The notes under the pieces were generated by a model. That model was not told the origin of the DNA. It did not search any database and saw nothing but the letters and a program-made list of their open reading frames with translations. This document shows positions 25,758 through 35,384 of a stretch of DNA of 64,000 bases, in pieces. A program made the translations under genes and the position numbers. The DNA lies in IMG/VR virus record IMGVR_UViG_3300024978_000007. One strand, given 5' to 3'. This DNA is from a virus. Every line of letters starts with the position of its first letter. The stretch's first letter is position 1.

Positions 25758-26170
25758 GCGCTGATGGCCCCCTCGACTTCACGCTGGATCACCATCAGCG
25801 GCTGCTCGCTTTCCACCGCGTCGTCGATGAATGGCCGCGGCTTGTGGAACACCATGCGGTGTTTGCCGCGCCCGGCCCAGCTCGACACGTAGCCGCTGTG
25901 GATCGCGGCGGCATAGGCGGCCGTATTGAAGATGTACGCCACGGTGGGCGACTCGATCTGCATGCCCTGGTTGGCGCGCAGGCCGCCTGGCGTGCGCACC
26001 GGCACGGGATACGTCCACGGCGCCGCCTTGCGGCTGCCGCTCAGGTTCTTGATCGCCGCACGGTTCACCGCCGTGGCGGCTTTCTTCATGCCGCGGCTCA
26101 GCGCCGCATCCAGCGCCTTGACCAACGCCAGCAGGCGCTTGCTCATCTGCGCGGGCGTGTAGGCGGCCAT
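25748..26170 (-). CDS. HK97 gp10-like tail completion protein
   Basis: VPVRTPGGLRAN...NTAAYAAAIHSG...KPRPFIDDAV. Confidence 0.75.
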   Translation of the reverse strand: MAAYTPAQMSKRLLALVKALDAALSRGMKKAATAVNRAAIKNLSGSRKAAPWTYPVPVRTPGGLRANQGMQIESPTVAYIFNTAAYAAAIHSGYVSSWAGRGKHRMVFHKPRPFIDDAVESEQPLMVIQREVEGAISAWA

Positions 26171-26661
26171 CAGCCCACCCCGATGACGCTGGTGGTGGTG
26201 AGCGGGTAGCGGCCGGTTTCCACCACGCCGGCGGCCAGGCCGCTGCCCTCGAACAGCGTGGTGTCGTCCACGCCACTGGCGCGCAGCGACTCGGCCAGCC
26301 AGTACAGCGCATTCTGCAGCGCCTCCTCGGCTTTCTTGCGCAGCTCGGCCAGCACCATGGCTTCATCCTTGTTGCTGCCGGATGCCGCATTGCTCTCGTA
26401 GTACGCATAGCGCCGGCGGTACAGCACCATGGACGAATACTGCACCTCGGCCTGGCGTGCGCTGTCCTCGGCGTAGCTGCCGGACGGCATGGCGCCGTAG
26501 ACCGTCGCGCCGCACTTCTGCTCCACCCACAGGCTGGCGGATTTCAGCACGCGCGCCAGGTAGCCCGTGGCCGGCGTGTCGAAATCCGCAGGCATGCCGA
26601 ACTGCGAGGCGGTGAATCCCTCGTCTTGCAGGTCCGCGATGGTGGCCTTGGGTGCGCTCAT
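26170..26661 (-). CDS. Head-tail connector protein
   Basis: Follows the capsid gene; helical; similarity inferred from position. Confidence 0.55.
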   Translation of the reverse strand: MSAPKATIADLQDEGFTASQFGMPADFDTPATGYLARVLKSASLWVEQKCGATVYGAMPSGSYAEDSARQAEVQYSSMVLYRRRYAYYESNAASGSNKDEAMVLAELRKKAEEALQNALYWLAESLRASGVDDTTLFEGSGLAAGVVETGRYPLTTTSVIGVG

Positions 26662-26674
26662 GCTGCCTCGTTCG

Positions 26675-26706
26675 AAAAATGCCGCGCGGGGTGACCGCGC
26701 GGCATT
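26675..26706 (-). terminator. Intrinsic terminator after the capsid gene
   Basis: 12-bp perfect inverted repeat AATGCCGCGCGG/CCGCGCGGCATT with a U-run on the minus strand. Confidence 0.75.
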
Positions 26707-26731
26707 CGTGGATGCCTGCCCGGTTGACCGA

Positions 26732-27805
26732 TCAGGTGAACTTGACGCGCGCTACCTGAGCGGTATCGCCGATCGCTGCATTCGCCTGGAACGTGCCCAC
26801 GTAGTCGCTGGCGCGCACGTAGATGTTGCGGGCCGACTCGATGGTCAGGTCCATCCAGTTGCCGCGCTTCAGCTTGCGGCCCGGCAGCACCAGGTAATAG
26901 CCACCGAGATCGGCCGGCAGGTTCGCCGTGGCGATCACCGCCTGCACGCGCACCGTGATCGGCTGCACGTTCGCCTGGTAGGCCACCACCAGGCTGCCCG
27001 CCGTGGCGGTCAGCATCTTGGTGATACGGCCCACGTCTTCCGGCGCGCAGTAGATCAGGAAGCCCGCGTTGCTGCCGGCGCCATAACCCTTGCCCTCCAC
27101 CGCACGCAGGATCTTCGCGGCGGCCTTGTTCAAGGTCTTGGTGTCGTCGGTGTCGAATGCCACGTCGACGCCGCTGCTCAGCGCGGTGAACAGGTCGTAG
27201 TGCCAGCTGGCCAGCTTGTCCTGCGCTTTGGCGTTGAACTCCGCCACGGTGTCGCTGACCGCCCACCACTTCTGGAAGCGCAGCCAGTCGTCCAGGATGC
27301 CCACGCCATCGGCGAAGGTGCACACGCTGACGCTCATCTTGCTGTCGGTCACGCCGCGGCGAATCTTCACCTCGGCACCCGGCTTGTACTGCTGGAACGT
27401 GATGCCGTTGTTCGCGTCCAGGATCTCGAACGTATCCTGGTTGCTCGAGCGCATGTCCACCAGGTCGAAAGCCTGCTGGTAGCCCAGGTCCATGTCCGGC
27501 ATGTTGGTGTGGAAGAACTCCACCACGCGGTTGCTGGCGTCGACCAGGTTGGGGTTGTCGCCGGGCACCACCCACTTGGTGGACAGGTGCGCCTTGACGC
27601 GCTCCACGCTGGGCACCACCAGGTTGCCATCCTTGCCGCCGATGACCTTGATGCCGTCCACCGTGGCGATGCGCGGCGAACCACCCAACTCGCCGAACAG
27701 GGCCGGCAGGTTGAAGTCGGTGTTGATCGCCTGTTCCAGGGCCTTGAGCTGCTCGCCCGGGTCGGCAATGGTGCCGAGCTTTTCGAACTTGCTGAAAGTG
27801 CGCAT
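26732..27805 (-). CDS. Major capsid protein
   Basis: 357 aa; follows protease and cement genes and is followed by a terminator. Confidence 0.75.
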   Translation of the reverse strand: MRTFSKFEKLGTIADPGEQLKALEQAINTDFNLPALFGELGGSPRIATVDGIKVIGGKDGNLVVPSVERVKAHLSTKWVVPGDNPNLVDASNRVVEFFHTNMPDMDLGYQQAFDLVDMRSSNQDTFEILDANNGITFQQYKPGAEVKIRRGVTDSKMSVSVCTFADGVGILDDWLRFQKWWAVSDTVAEFNAKAQDKLASWHYDLFTALSSGVDVAFDTDDTKTLNKAAAKILRAVEGKGYGAGSNAGFLIYCAPEDVGRITKMLTATAGSLVVAYQANVQPITVRVQAVIATANLPADLGGYYLVLPGRKLKRGNWMDLTIESARNIYVRASDYVGTFQANAAIGDTAQVARVKFT

Positions 27806-27818
27806 GTGGGCTGGCTCC

Positions 27819-28166
27819 TTAGGCCGCGAAAGCGTTGAAGGCGATCAGGCCGGTGGTGGCGTCGCCCGACAGCGCCGGTTCGATCGCATAACCGACCAGC
27901 GTGTTCGAAGTGGCCACGTTGGTGAACGCCTTGGCCGCGTTGTCCCAGTACACCTTGTCGCCCACGGCCAGTGCCACGGCCGCCTTGGCGCCGCCGCTGA
28001 TCTCGGCTTCATACGTGAAGCCGTTCAGCGCGTTGGCGTCCGCCGTGCTGGTGGGGATGAGCAGGTGCGAATTGATCAGCACCGGCACGTGCGCGGTGGT
28101 GGCCGCGGTGTGCGACATCTGCAGGGTCTTGATCTGCGATGCCGGGGAGCGAACTTGCAGGCCCAT
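27819..28166 (-). CDS. Capsid cement/decoration protein (DUF2190-like)
   Basis: LAVGDKVYWDNAAKAFTNVATSNTLVGYA. Confidence 0.8.
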   Translation of the reverse strand: MGLQVRSPASQIKTLQMSHTAATTAHVPVLINSHLLIPTSTADANALNGFTYEAEISGGAKAAVALAVGDKVYWDNAAKAFTNVATSNTLVGYAIEPALSGDATTGLIAFNAFAA

Positions 28167-28178
28167 GGTGCTGTCTCC

Positions 28179-29264
28179 TCAGGCCGCCAGGGCCGGGTTG
28201 TTGATCGGGGAATCGGCCGGCGCCGCCTGGGTGCCGGGGCCGCCGGCATTGGTGTTCGCGCCCTTGATCGCGCCGCTGCCCGGCAGGCGCTTCTCGTAGC
28301 CCTTCTGCATGGTCTGCAGGCGCTCCACGCTGAACTCGCCCAGGAACGCCTTGGCGGCGGCCACGTCTTCCGGCGTGTCGCCGGTCATCTTCAGCTGCCG
28401 CTCGAGGGCAATCACCTCGTCGACCAGCGCGGTCTTGAACGCCTTGGCGTCGGCCACGTAGGCCTTGAGCTGTGCCGGGTTCTCCACCAGCGCGGCGTCG
28501 TCGCCCAGTGCGGTCTTGATTGCGGCCAGCGCGGTGGTGGCCTTGTCGCCGGATGCAGCCTTGGCATTCAGCGCGTCGAAGTCTTCCTGCTTGATGTCCA
28601 TGACATGCTCCAGCGTGGGGTCAGGGGTTTCGGGTGATTCGTGGGTTGCGCCTTTGACGGCACGGGCGCCGGGCTGGGAGCCCAGCCACACCAGCGACAT
28701 TTCCAGCGCCTTGGCCGGGCCCATCCAGCGGCGCGCGGTCAGCTCGTTGCCTTGCGCGTCCGTCACTTTCTGCAGCGACTGCGCGGTGAAGCCGATGGAT
28801 ACGTCGCCGGCAATGCCGGCGTCCTGCTTGATCAGCAGGCTGGCGTTGTCGGGGGTCTTCGCGAAAAACGCGGATGCCAGCAGCAGCTTGGCCTGGCTAC
28901 GATCCGGGGGCAGCTGCAGGTCGGGCTCGCGCAGCAGCGTGCGCGCCTCGTCCAGGCTCATGGTCTTGGTGCTGGTGGCGTAGACGCGGCCCTCGGCCGG
29001 GCCACCATCACCCTGCCAGCTGCTGGGGTGCTTGATGTACACCCCTTTGCCCGGCAGGGTGCGTGCGAAGTCGTCCAGCACACTCTCGTCGAAAATCTCG
29101 TTGTCGCGGTCGATGCAGTTGTGCGCCAGCACGTACTCGCGAACCTGCAGCTCGTCGGCGGCGAAATCGCGCAGCGTGTATGCGCGGATGGCAGCCAGCG
29201 CGGCATCATCTGCCGCCTCGGCCGCCTTCACGCGCAATGCCAGCGATTTCTGCTGCACACTCAC
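28179..29264 (-). CDS. Prohead protease with C-terminal scaffold
   Basis: IDRDNEIF, KHP, DVSIGF and EMSLVWLGSQPGA; Ala/Lys-rich tail. Confidence 0.75.
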   Translation of the reverse strand: MSVQQKSLALRVKAAEAADDAALAAIRAYTLRDFAADELQVREYVLAHNCIDRDNEIFDESVLDDFARTLPGKGVYIKHPSSWQGDGGPAEGRVYATSTKTMSLDEARTLLREPDLQLPPDRSQAKLLLASAFFAKTPDNASLLIKQDAGIAGDVSIGFTAQSLQKVTDAQGNELTARRWMGPAKALEMSLVWLGSQPGARAVKGATHESPETPDPTLEHVMDIKQEDFDALNAKAASGDKATTALAAIKTALGDDAALVENPAQLKAYVADAKAFKTALVDEVIALERQLKMTGDTPEDVAAAKAFLGEFSVERLQTMQKGYEKRLPGSGAIKGANTNAGGPGTQAAPADSPINNPALAA

Positions 29265-29647
29265 TTCGTGCGCGCCTCGCGTACTGGCTTGATGTTGGCC
29301 ACGCGCCAGGCGGCCTGCTCACCGTCGAGCGGGCCGGTGTAGTCCGGGTGGCGGAAGTCGGTGGCCGCAATCTTTTCGACGGCGGGGATCTTCCCGGCGC
29401 CTTTCGGCGCCGGGTCGACCTTTTCACCACCGCCCGTGGGAGTCTTGTCGCCCTGCTCGTCGCCGGCGCCACCGTCCAGCGCGATCAGCGCGGCGTCGAT
29501 GGCCGCCAGCGCGGTCGCACGATTCTTGCCGGCCGTTTCCTGCGCCTGCAGTTCCACCAGGCTTTCGCGGTCCAGCGCCGGCAGCTGCTCGGTGAGCTTG
29601 TCCACCGACAGGTCCAGCACGTCACTGATCTGGTTCTTGTCCATCAC
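29261..29647 (-). CDS. Hypothetical head-module protein
   Basis: Coupled to the protease gene. Confidence 0.55.
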   Translation of the reverse strand: MMDKNQISDVLDLSVDKLTEQLPALDRESLVELQAQETAGKNRATALAAIDAALIALDGGAGDEQGDKTPTGGGEKVDPAPKGAGKIPAVEKIAATDFRHPDYTGPLDGEQAAWRVANIKPVREARTK

Positions 29648-29757
29648 ATGGCAGCCTCTGCGCGCAGATGTGCGACTCAGTAGGCTGCATCAGACTTCAA
29701 CACCGCGATGCGTTTCCATGCGCGGATGTGCCACCGCAGCGGCAGCTCCCGACCCCG

Positions 29758-31917
29758 CTAATCCGCCCTGCCCGCGATCACGCAGAAACACCCCGGGTGC
29801 GAATCGCGCACGGGGATCGGACCGGTGGCTACGTCGTAGGGGCCGGCGGCTTCGATGGCGGTGCAGATGCTGCAGGCTTCGGGGGCCAGCATCCAGTCGT
29901 AGCGGGCAATGCCCATGTCGGCCAGCGCCTTTTTCTGGCCCATGGCGTGGCTGGCGGCGATCTCACTGCCAGCCAGGCGCTCCCAATCGTAGGCGTGGGC
30001 CTCGAACTTCTTGCGCAGCTCGGCGGCGACTTGCCGCGGGTTGGTGCCGTTGTATGCACCATCGGCCAGGGCCTTCACGATGTCATCCTCGTACACGCGC
30101 ACCGTGGTCTTCTGCAGCACGGCGTGCAGCTCGGCCGGCAGTGCGGCGGCGCGCTGCTCGCGGGCAGCAGCAATGATTTCCTCGGCGCGATCTTCGGCGT
30201 TCTCGGCGGCGGTGGTGTTGGCGATGCCGCGGATCCACGCCTCCAGCGCCTGCTTCACCAGCGCGCTGCCGGCGCCGGAGTGATCCAGCACGAATTGGGT
30301 CTGCAGTTGCAGCAGTTGCTGCAGCAGCGCAGTGGCGTCGAAGGCAAACGCGGCCTTGGTGGTGGGCAGGTCGAGCAGCTGCAGCGTGTCGTCGGCCAAC
30401 TTGTCCCATGCCGCCATCAGCGCGTCGCGCGTGGTGCGCACCAAGCGCGGCAGGGCCGGGTCGTCGATTGCCCAGGTTTCGGCGGCGGCCTTGTGCTGGT
30501 GGGCCGGTGCGCCCTTGAGCGCGGTGCGCAGGGCATCGCGGGTGATGTCGTCCATGCCGGCGAACAGGCTGAGCAGCGTGGTCTTGGCCGGCGCGTCGTC
30601 CGGCGCGGGCTGCTTCGGGTCGGGCGGCGGCGCGTGGCCGCCGTTGGCCTGCATCATCTGCGTCTGCGCGGTGAGGAACGCGGCCTGCGCGCGCTTCAGC
30701 TCGTCGCGCAGGTTCGGCAGGCGCTGGGTGAGCTGCCAGTCACCGGGGCGCCAGGTGATACCGCGGCCGCGCAACCACGCTTCCGCCAGCCGCGTCATGC
30801 CGGGGCGGCGGGCCTCCCACCGCGTCTTGCTTTCCTGCAGCACCACCTCGGCCTGGTTGTCCGCCATGCGCTCGGCGGTGGAGAACTGCATGCCCAGCAT
30901 CCACGCCGGCAGTCCGGCCTTGGCCAGGATCTGCTCCAGCATGTGGCGAGCCGGCATCTCGATGCTGATCACCTTGCCGTCGCCGCCGATGATGCTCACG
31001 GCAATCTCGTCGTCGCTGCCCACGGCGGTCACGAAATCGGCGCTGTTGCCGTTGCGCTTGGCGGTCAGCGCGGCCTGCAGGTTGTCGCTGAGCAACTTGC
31101 GGCGCCTGTCCAGCGCGTCATCCTTCAGCGCGCGGTTCTTGGTCTTGTAGTTCACGTGGAACACCGGGTCGCCGAAGCGGTCCCACACCTGCCCGGTGGC
31201 GTTGTGCATCTTCAGCAGGATCTGCCCCACGAACTCGATGCTGCGCAGCAGGCTCACGCCATACGGCCCATCGTTCTCCGGGTTGAACGCGGCGTAGACC
31301 ATGCTGGCCGGGTCCAGCAATGTGTAGCCCTTGCCCTGGATGATGCTGGCGTTGAGCTGCCGCCCGTTGTTGCGCAGCACTGTTTCCACCGCGTCGGTGC
31401 CGTCGCGGCGGCCGGTGGCGTTGGGCAGCGGCGGCAGGTACCACGTCTGCAGCTGACCGCTGGCCGGGTCGCGGTGAAACAGCACGCCCTTGCTGTCGGC
31501 CACGCGCAGCCCGATCAGCTCGCGCCCGCGGCGGTCGAACACCATCTCGCCCACCGCGCAACCCTGCTCGTACAGCTCGTTGCCTTGCGCCGCGAAAAAC
31601 GCCTGCAGGCCCGCCTGCAGGTCGCCCACGGGGATGCCGCCGATCAGCTCGCGCTCGATCAGCTGCACCAGCTTGTCGTTGCCGCCCTCCACCGCGATGA
31701 TGCCATCCATCGTCACCATGCGATTGATCGCGCCATCGAGCACGCCCAGCGCCTCGCGCAGAGCCTCCAAATGCCATGGATTAGTCACGCGCGGGACAAA
31801 TCCTGACAACGCCTGGCTCCATGGCCCCATAGACATACCGACACGAACCAAAGCGCTACTTTCGGGGTGAGCAGCCTTCTTGGACGAAAACCAGCTGCGT
31901 GGATCAAATGCGTTCAT
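29758..31917 (-). CDS. Portal protein (DUF935-like) fused to a MuF-like head morphogenesis domain
   Basis: NPENDGPYGVSLLRS portal motif; Pro-rich linker; C-terminal SEIAASH...YDWMLAPEACSIC...HPGCFC. Confidence 0.8.
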   Translation of the reverse strand: MNAFDPRSWFSSKKAAHPESSALVRVGMSMGPWSQALSGFVPRVTNPWHLEALREALGVLDGAINRMVTMDGIIAVEGGNDKLVQLIERELIGGIPVGDLQAGLQAFFAAQGNELYEQGCAVGEMVFDRRGRELIGLRVADSKGVLFHRDPASGQLQTWYLPPLPNATGRRDGTDAVETVLRNNGRQLNASIIQGKGYTLLDPASMVYAAFNPENDGPYGVSLLRSIEFVGQILLKMHNATGQVWDRFGDPVFHVNYKTKNRALKDDALDRRRKLLSDNLQAALTAKRNGNSADFVTAVGSDDEIAVSIIGGDGKVISIEMPARHMLEQILAKAGLPAWMLGMQFSTAERMADNQAEVVLQESKTRWEARRPGMTRLAEAWLRGRGITWRPGDWQLTQRLPNLRDELKRAQAAFLTAQTQMMQANGGHAPPPDPKQPAPDDAPAKTTLLSLFAGMDDITRDALRTALKGAPAHQHKAAAETWAIDDPALPRLVRTTRDALMAAWDKLADDTLQLLDLPTTKAAFAFDATALLQQLLQLQTQFVLDHSGAGSALVKQALEAWIRGIANTTAAENAEDRAEEIIAAAREQRAAALPAELHAVLQKTTVRVYEDDIVKALADGAYNGTNPRQVAAELRKKFEAHAYDWERLAGSEIAASHAMGQKKALADMGIARYDWMLAPEACSICTAIEAAGPYDVATGPIPVRDSHPGCFCVIAGRAD

Positions 31918-32483
31918 GATGTACCCCTATGCAAATGGCGCCAACGCTTCCCCAAAAGGATGGCAGAGACGTGCGACTGATTAATTCCAAACATCTTGGC
32001 AATGTCTTTTTGAAGCAACCTCGCCCGGCGTAACTCAAAGATTGTGGCCACGTCGGCCTCGCTGATTTTGGCCATGCGGTGGCACGAGCCGACTAGCCCA
32101 ATGTGTGCCGGGTTCTTGGCTAGCCCAGTCTTCAGCGCGTGGGCTCTATTGCCACTGACCGTCACCCATTCAAGGTTCGTCGGCTGGTTTTCTGATTTAA
32201 TGCCATTGCGATGGTTCACCTCGAAGAGCCCTTCACGCGGTGGCGTCCCGTGAAAAGCGAGGCAAACCACCCGATGCACCATCGCCGTCGTGCGGCGGCT
32301 CCCGTCCCACATCTCGCACATGAGGTAACCTCTCGCATCAGGCCACTCTGCGAGCTGTCGTTCCTGTTTAGAATTGCGAAAGTTGGTGTTTATTACGTGC
32401 CCGGCTTTCGTGGCACGGTAACGGCCAGATGCGAGGCAACTCAGGATGAACCTGTCGAGGGAACCCGTATGCGGCCAGCTCAT
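31914..32483 (-). CDS. Free-standing HNH endonuclease 2 with C-terminal HTH
   Basis: VHRVVCLAFHG, EVNHRNGIKSENQPTNLEWVT..N; lower GC. Confidence 0.9.
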   Translation of the reverse strand: MSWPHTGSLDRFILSCLASGRYRATKAGHVINTNFRNSKQERQLAEWPDARGYLMCEMWDGSRRTTAMVHRVVCLAFHGTPPREGLFEVNHRNGIKSENQPTNLEWVTVSGNRAHALKTGLAKNPAHIGLVGSCHRMAKISEADVATIFELRRARLLQKDIAKMFGINQSHVSAILLGKRWRHLHRGTS

Positions 32484-32484
32484 C

Positions 32485-32886
32485 TCAATGCACCAGGAAT
32501 AGCGTGTCGTTGCGGGCAAATACACGGTTCCACCGCGCCTCCATCATCGACAGCAGATCTTCAGCCGGCATGCCGCTGACCATCGCCATAGCGATCACCT
32601 CCATGAAACCCATGCGCATGTCGTGACCCTTCACGCGTTCCAACACCAGCAAGATCAGCATGCCGGCATTGTTCACCTGGCCTAGCGCTTCCGTCTGTTG
32701 GGCAGCGGCGATCAGCTCGGCGGCCAGCTTGCAGCCGGTGGCATGGTCGGTGGCATAGTCCCCGGTGGGCTTGGGCAGGCGCCAGCGATTGGTGGCGCGG
32801 TCGGTGGTGGTGTGAAAACTCAGGGTGTTCAGCGGGTGCGTGCGCAGGTGGTCGGCTTCGGCGCGCAATTCGGCGGCAGTACGCAT
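32485..32886 (-). CDS. Hypothetical protein behind a C4/ash-type leader
   Basis: ATAGGAG RBS; begins MRTAAEL; 133 aa. Confidence 0.65.
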   Translation of the reverse strand: MRTAAELRAEADHLRTHPLNTLSFHTTTDRATNRWRLPKPTGDYATDHATGCKLAAELIAAAQQTEALGQVNNAGMLILLVLERVKGHDMRMGFMEVIAMAMVSGMPAEDLLSMMEARWNRVFARNDTLFLVH

Positions 32887-32923
32887 GGGCAAGGCTCCTA
32901 TCGTCGATGGAGTCCGGCACCAC

Positions 32924-33171
32924 GCTGCTAAACGGGTGACGGACGACGCAGGGTTAGCAGACCGGTAGGAGTCACCGGCAGGGCCGAAGCCCTCCCCACG
33001 CCGCCCGCCATAGACTGGCTGGCTTTGGCCCATTGCTGCGAGTGGACGGCCAAAACAAAAGCGCCGGCATCGGAGGATGGGCGCTTGCGCGCTCCTGAAC
33101 AGGCTGCTAAACCCGGTCGCCGATTGTGCGGCGACGGGAATAGCCTGCGCCAAGGGCCGCCGACTTGTCAA
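32924..33171 (-). promoter_or_regulatory. C4/ash-type attenuator leader (promoter, 5' hairpin, repeated target sites, terminator)
   Basis: TTGACA-N18-CAGGCT; hairpin 33116-33135; GTTTAGCAGC twice (33112-33103 and 32933-32924); internal complement CTGCTAAC; terminator 33052-33085; cUUCGg hairpin. Confidence 0.65.
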
Positions 33172-33222
33172 CAGGGCATATTTGGTTTTTGATAGGCGCT
33201 GCACTATCACAGGGGAAAGATC

Positions 33223-33495
33223 ATGGCATTGATGCTCATCGTGGCAATGCTGCTGGGTTGCATTCCGGCCGCCATCGCGCATTCCAAAGGCAGGGATTTC
33301 ATGTTGTGGTGGATTTACGGCACCCTGCTTTTCATCGTGGCGCTGATTCACGTGCTCTGCATTGGCCGCACGCCGCAAGCGGTGGAAAAAAAGCAAATCG
33401 ACAGCGGCATGAAGAAATGTCCTCGATGCGCCGAGTTCGTGAAGGCCGACGCAACAGTGTGTCGATACTGTCAAGGTGAATTCGGAGATGCCTAA
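33223..33495 (+). CDS. Moron: membrane protein with C-terminal zinc ribbon
   Basis: GCIPAAIAHSKGRDFMLWWIYG two TM helices; KKCPRCAEFVKADATVCRYC. Confidence 0.8.
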   Translation: MALMLIVAMLLGCIPAAIAHSKGRDFMLWWIYGTLLFIVALIHVLCIGRTPQAVEKKQIDSGMKKCPRCAEFVKADATVCRYCQGEFGDA

Positions 33496-33497
33496 TC

Positions 33498-35384
33498 TCA
33501 TGCCGCCCGCGCCTCCGCACCGCAACTGAACACATCAACCTGACTACCCACTTCATCGAATACTTTGCGCAGCATCTGCATGCGGCGCGCGTCGATGTCG
33601 TGGTCGTCCTTCTTCGCGTAGATCGGCCACTTGGTGCCCGCGCGGGCGGTGTGGTTGGTCATGTGGTTGAGCACTTCCACGTCGTAGGCCATGGCGTAGC
33701 CGGCCGACTGTAGGCGTCGGCTGATACATTGCGTCGCGAAGTGCTTGGCCGGGGCGCGCACGATGCTCTCGCCGCTGCCGTCGTCTTTCGCGGTGTCCAC
33801 CAGCGGCTCGCCGTCTTCGCCGATGCAGTCCACGGCGTTGGAGAACTGCAGGCCGGTCATCACCTCGTCGAAGTGCATGTCTGCATAGGCTTCCATGGTC
33901 TGCAGATCCTTCACGACCACGGTGCCGGCGCTGCCCAGGTCGACGCCCCAGTGCGGCAGGCCGCCGAACAGCTCCTGCAGGCAATAGATCAGCTCGCGCT
34001 GGATGTAGTAATCCACGCCGCGGGCCTGCACGCGCAGCACGTCGACCAGCTGCGGACCGCGCTGTTCGCTCAGGATGATTTCGGTCGGGTCGTTGGTTTC
34101 GCCCAGGTCGGCGCCGGCCCAGTACACGCCGGCGGTGGCGCCGGTGAGGTGTTCGCGCAGCACGGCGCGCATGACCTCGCGGCGCTCGGCGTCGTTGCGG
34201 CTGGCAAACGGGGCCAGCGGCAGGCTGATGTCGCACAGCCAGTCGTAGCTGCCGCTCTTGCGGCCTTGCTCCACGTGGAGCACAACGCGTTTCACGCCCA
34301 CGTTGAACTCGCCGCGCTGGCGGTCGATGTTGATCGACAGCACGCGGTAATCCGGCAGGTCGTGCACGTTGGGCAGGATGGTGTCCCAGCTCCACACGGG
34401 GTTTTCGGCTTCGCCCCACTCCCCCAGCACGTTGCGCTTGTAGCCCGGCGTGTGCCGGCCGCCGAAGTCGCGGATGAACTGCGCGTCGCGCTCGGGCGTC
34501 CAGAACGGCGGCGGCATCAGGGTCTTGGGCCAGAGGAACAGGCGGCGGCCCGGCTTGCCTTGCGGCAGATTCACCACGGCGTCGTTGCACATGGCGAAAA
34601 AGCCGGTGCTGCGGTCGCCATCGGGCACGCTGTAGGTACGTTTCACACAGCCAGGCTCACACGAGCGCCAGAACTCCGACCACTGCACCGCGCGCTTGAG
34701 CTTGGCCGCCTCGTCGACCAGCGCCATGGCGTTCACGTGCACGCCGCGGAACGCTTCGCCATCGTGGCCGGCAGGGCGGTAGTAGACGCGGCCCACGCCG
34801 GGCTTCTCGCTCTCGCCCAGAGGGATGGTGAGGAACCGCTGCATCATGTGCGGCGTGCGCTTGGGCTTGAGCCAGAACTGGCTGAGCAGCGAGCCGCTGG
34901 CCTTGTCGCCTCCTTCCTGCGCGCCCACCTGCGTTTCGATCGCGAGAATGATTTCGTCCAGGTGCGTTTGCTGCGGCGCGCCCACCAGCATCCACGGCCG
35001 GCGCACGGTGAAGCCCATGGAGGTGCACTGGCCCCAGAGGATCAGCACGGTGATCTCGCGCGTCTTGCCCACCTCGGCGCCGTCCTGATGCACCACGTCT
35101 TGCCGCCAGCTGCGCGCGCTTTCGCGCTGGTAGTCGAAGAACTGCCACGGCTCGCCGGTGCGTGGTTCCACGAGGAACGTCTCGGCCCAGCGCACCGGGT
35201 CTTCGAACACGAACAGGAACATCGCCTGTTCCAGCGTCACGCCGTAGTCGCCGCGGGACAGCGCCTGCCACGCCCAGCCTTGCTTGCACAGCCACGCCTC
35301 GAACTCGTCCGGCGCAAACACGCCGCGCTCGTCCATCTGGCGCAGCACGTCGTGGTCGGCGGTGGGCAGGCGGCGCTTAGCCAT
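33498..35384 (-). CDS. Terminase large subunit
   Basis: FFDYQRE (Q motif), GAEVGKT (Walker A-like), ALVDEAA (Walker B), GADLGETNDPT nuclease motif, DDHDIDA. Confidence 0.88.
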   Translation of the reverse strand: MAKRRLPTADHDVLRQMDERGVFAPDEFEAWLCKQGWAWQALSRGDYGVTLEQAMFLFVFEDPVRWAETFLVEPRTGEPWQFFDYQRESARSWRQDVVHQDGAEVGKTREITVLILWGQCTSMGFTVRRPWMLVGAPQQTHLDEIILAIETQVGAQEGGDKASGSLLSQFWLKPKRTPHMMQRFLTIPLGESEKPGVGRVYYRPAGHDGEAFRGVHVNAMALVDEAAKLKRAVQWSEFWRSCEPGCVKRTYSVPDGDRSTGFFAMCNDAVVNLPQGKPGRRLFLWPKTLMPPPFWTPERDAQFIRDFGGRHTPGYKRNVLGEWGEAENPVWSWDTILPNVHDLPDYRVLSINIDRQRGEFNVGVKRVVLHVEQGRKSGSYDWLCDISLPLAPFASRNDAERREVMRAVLREHLTGATAGVYWAGADLGETNDPTEIILSEQRGPQLVDVLRVQARGVDYYIQRELIYCLQELFGGLPHWGVDLGSAGTVVVKDLQTMEAYADMHFDEVMTGLQFSNAVDCIGEDGEPLVDTAKDDGSGESIVRAPAKHFATQCISRRLQSAGYAMAYDVEVLNHMTNHTARAGTKWPIYAKKDDHDIDARRMQMLRKVFDEVGSQVDVFSCGAEARAA

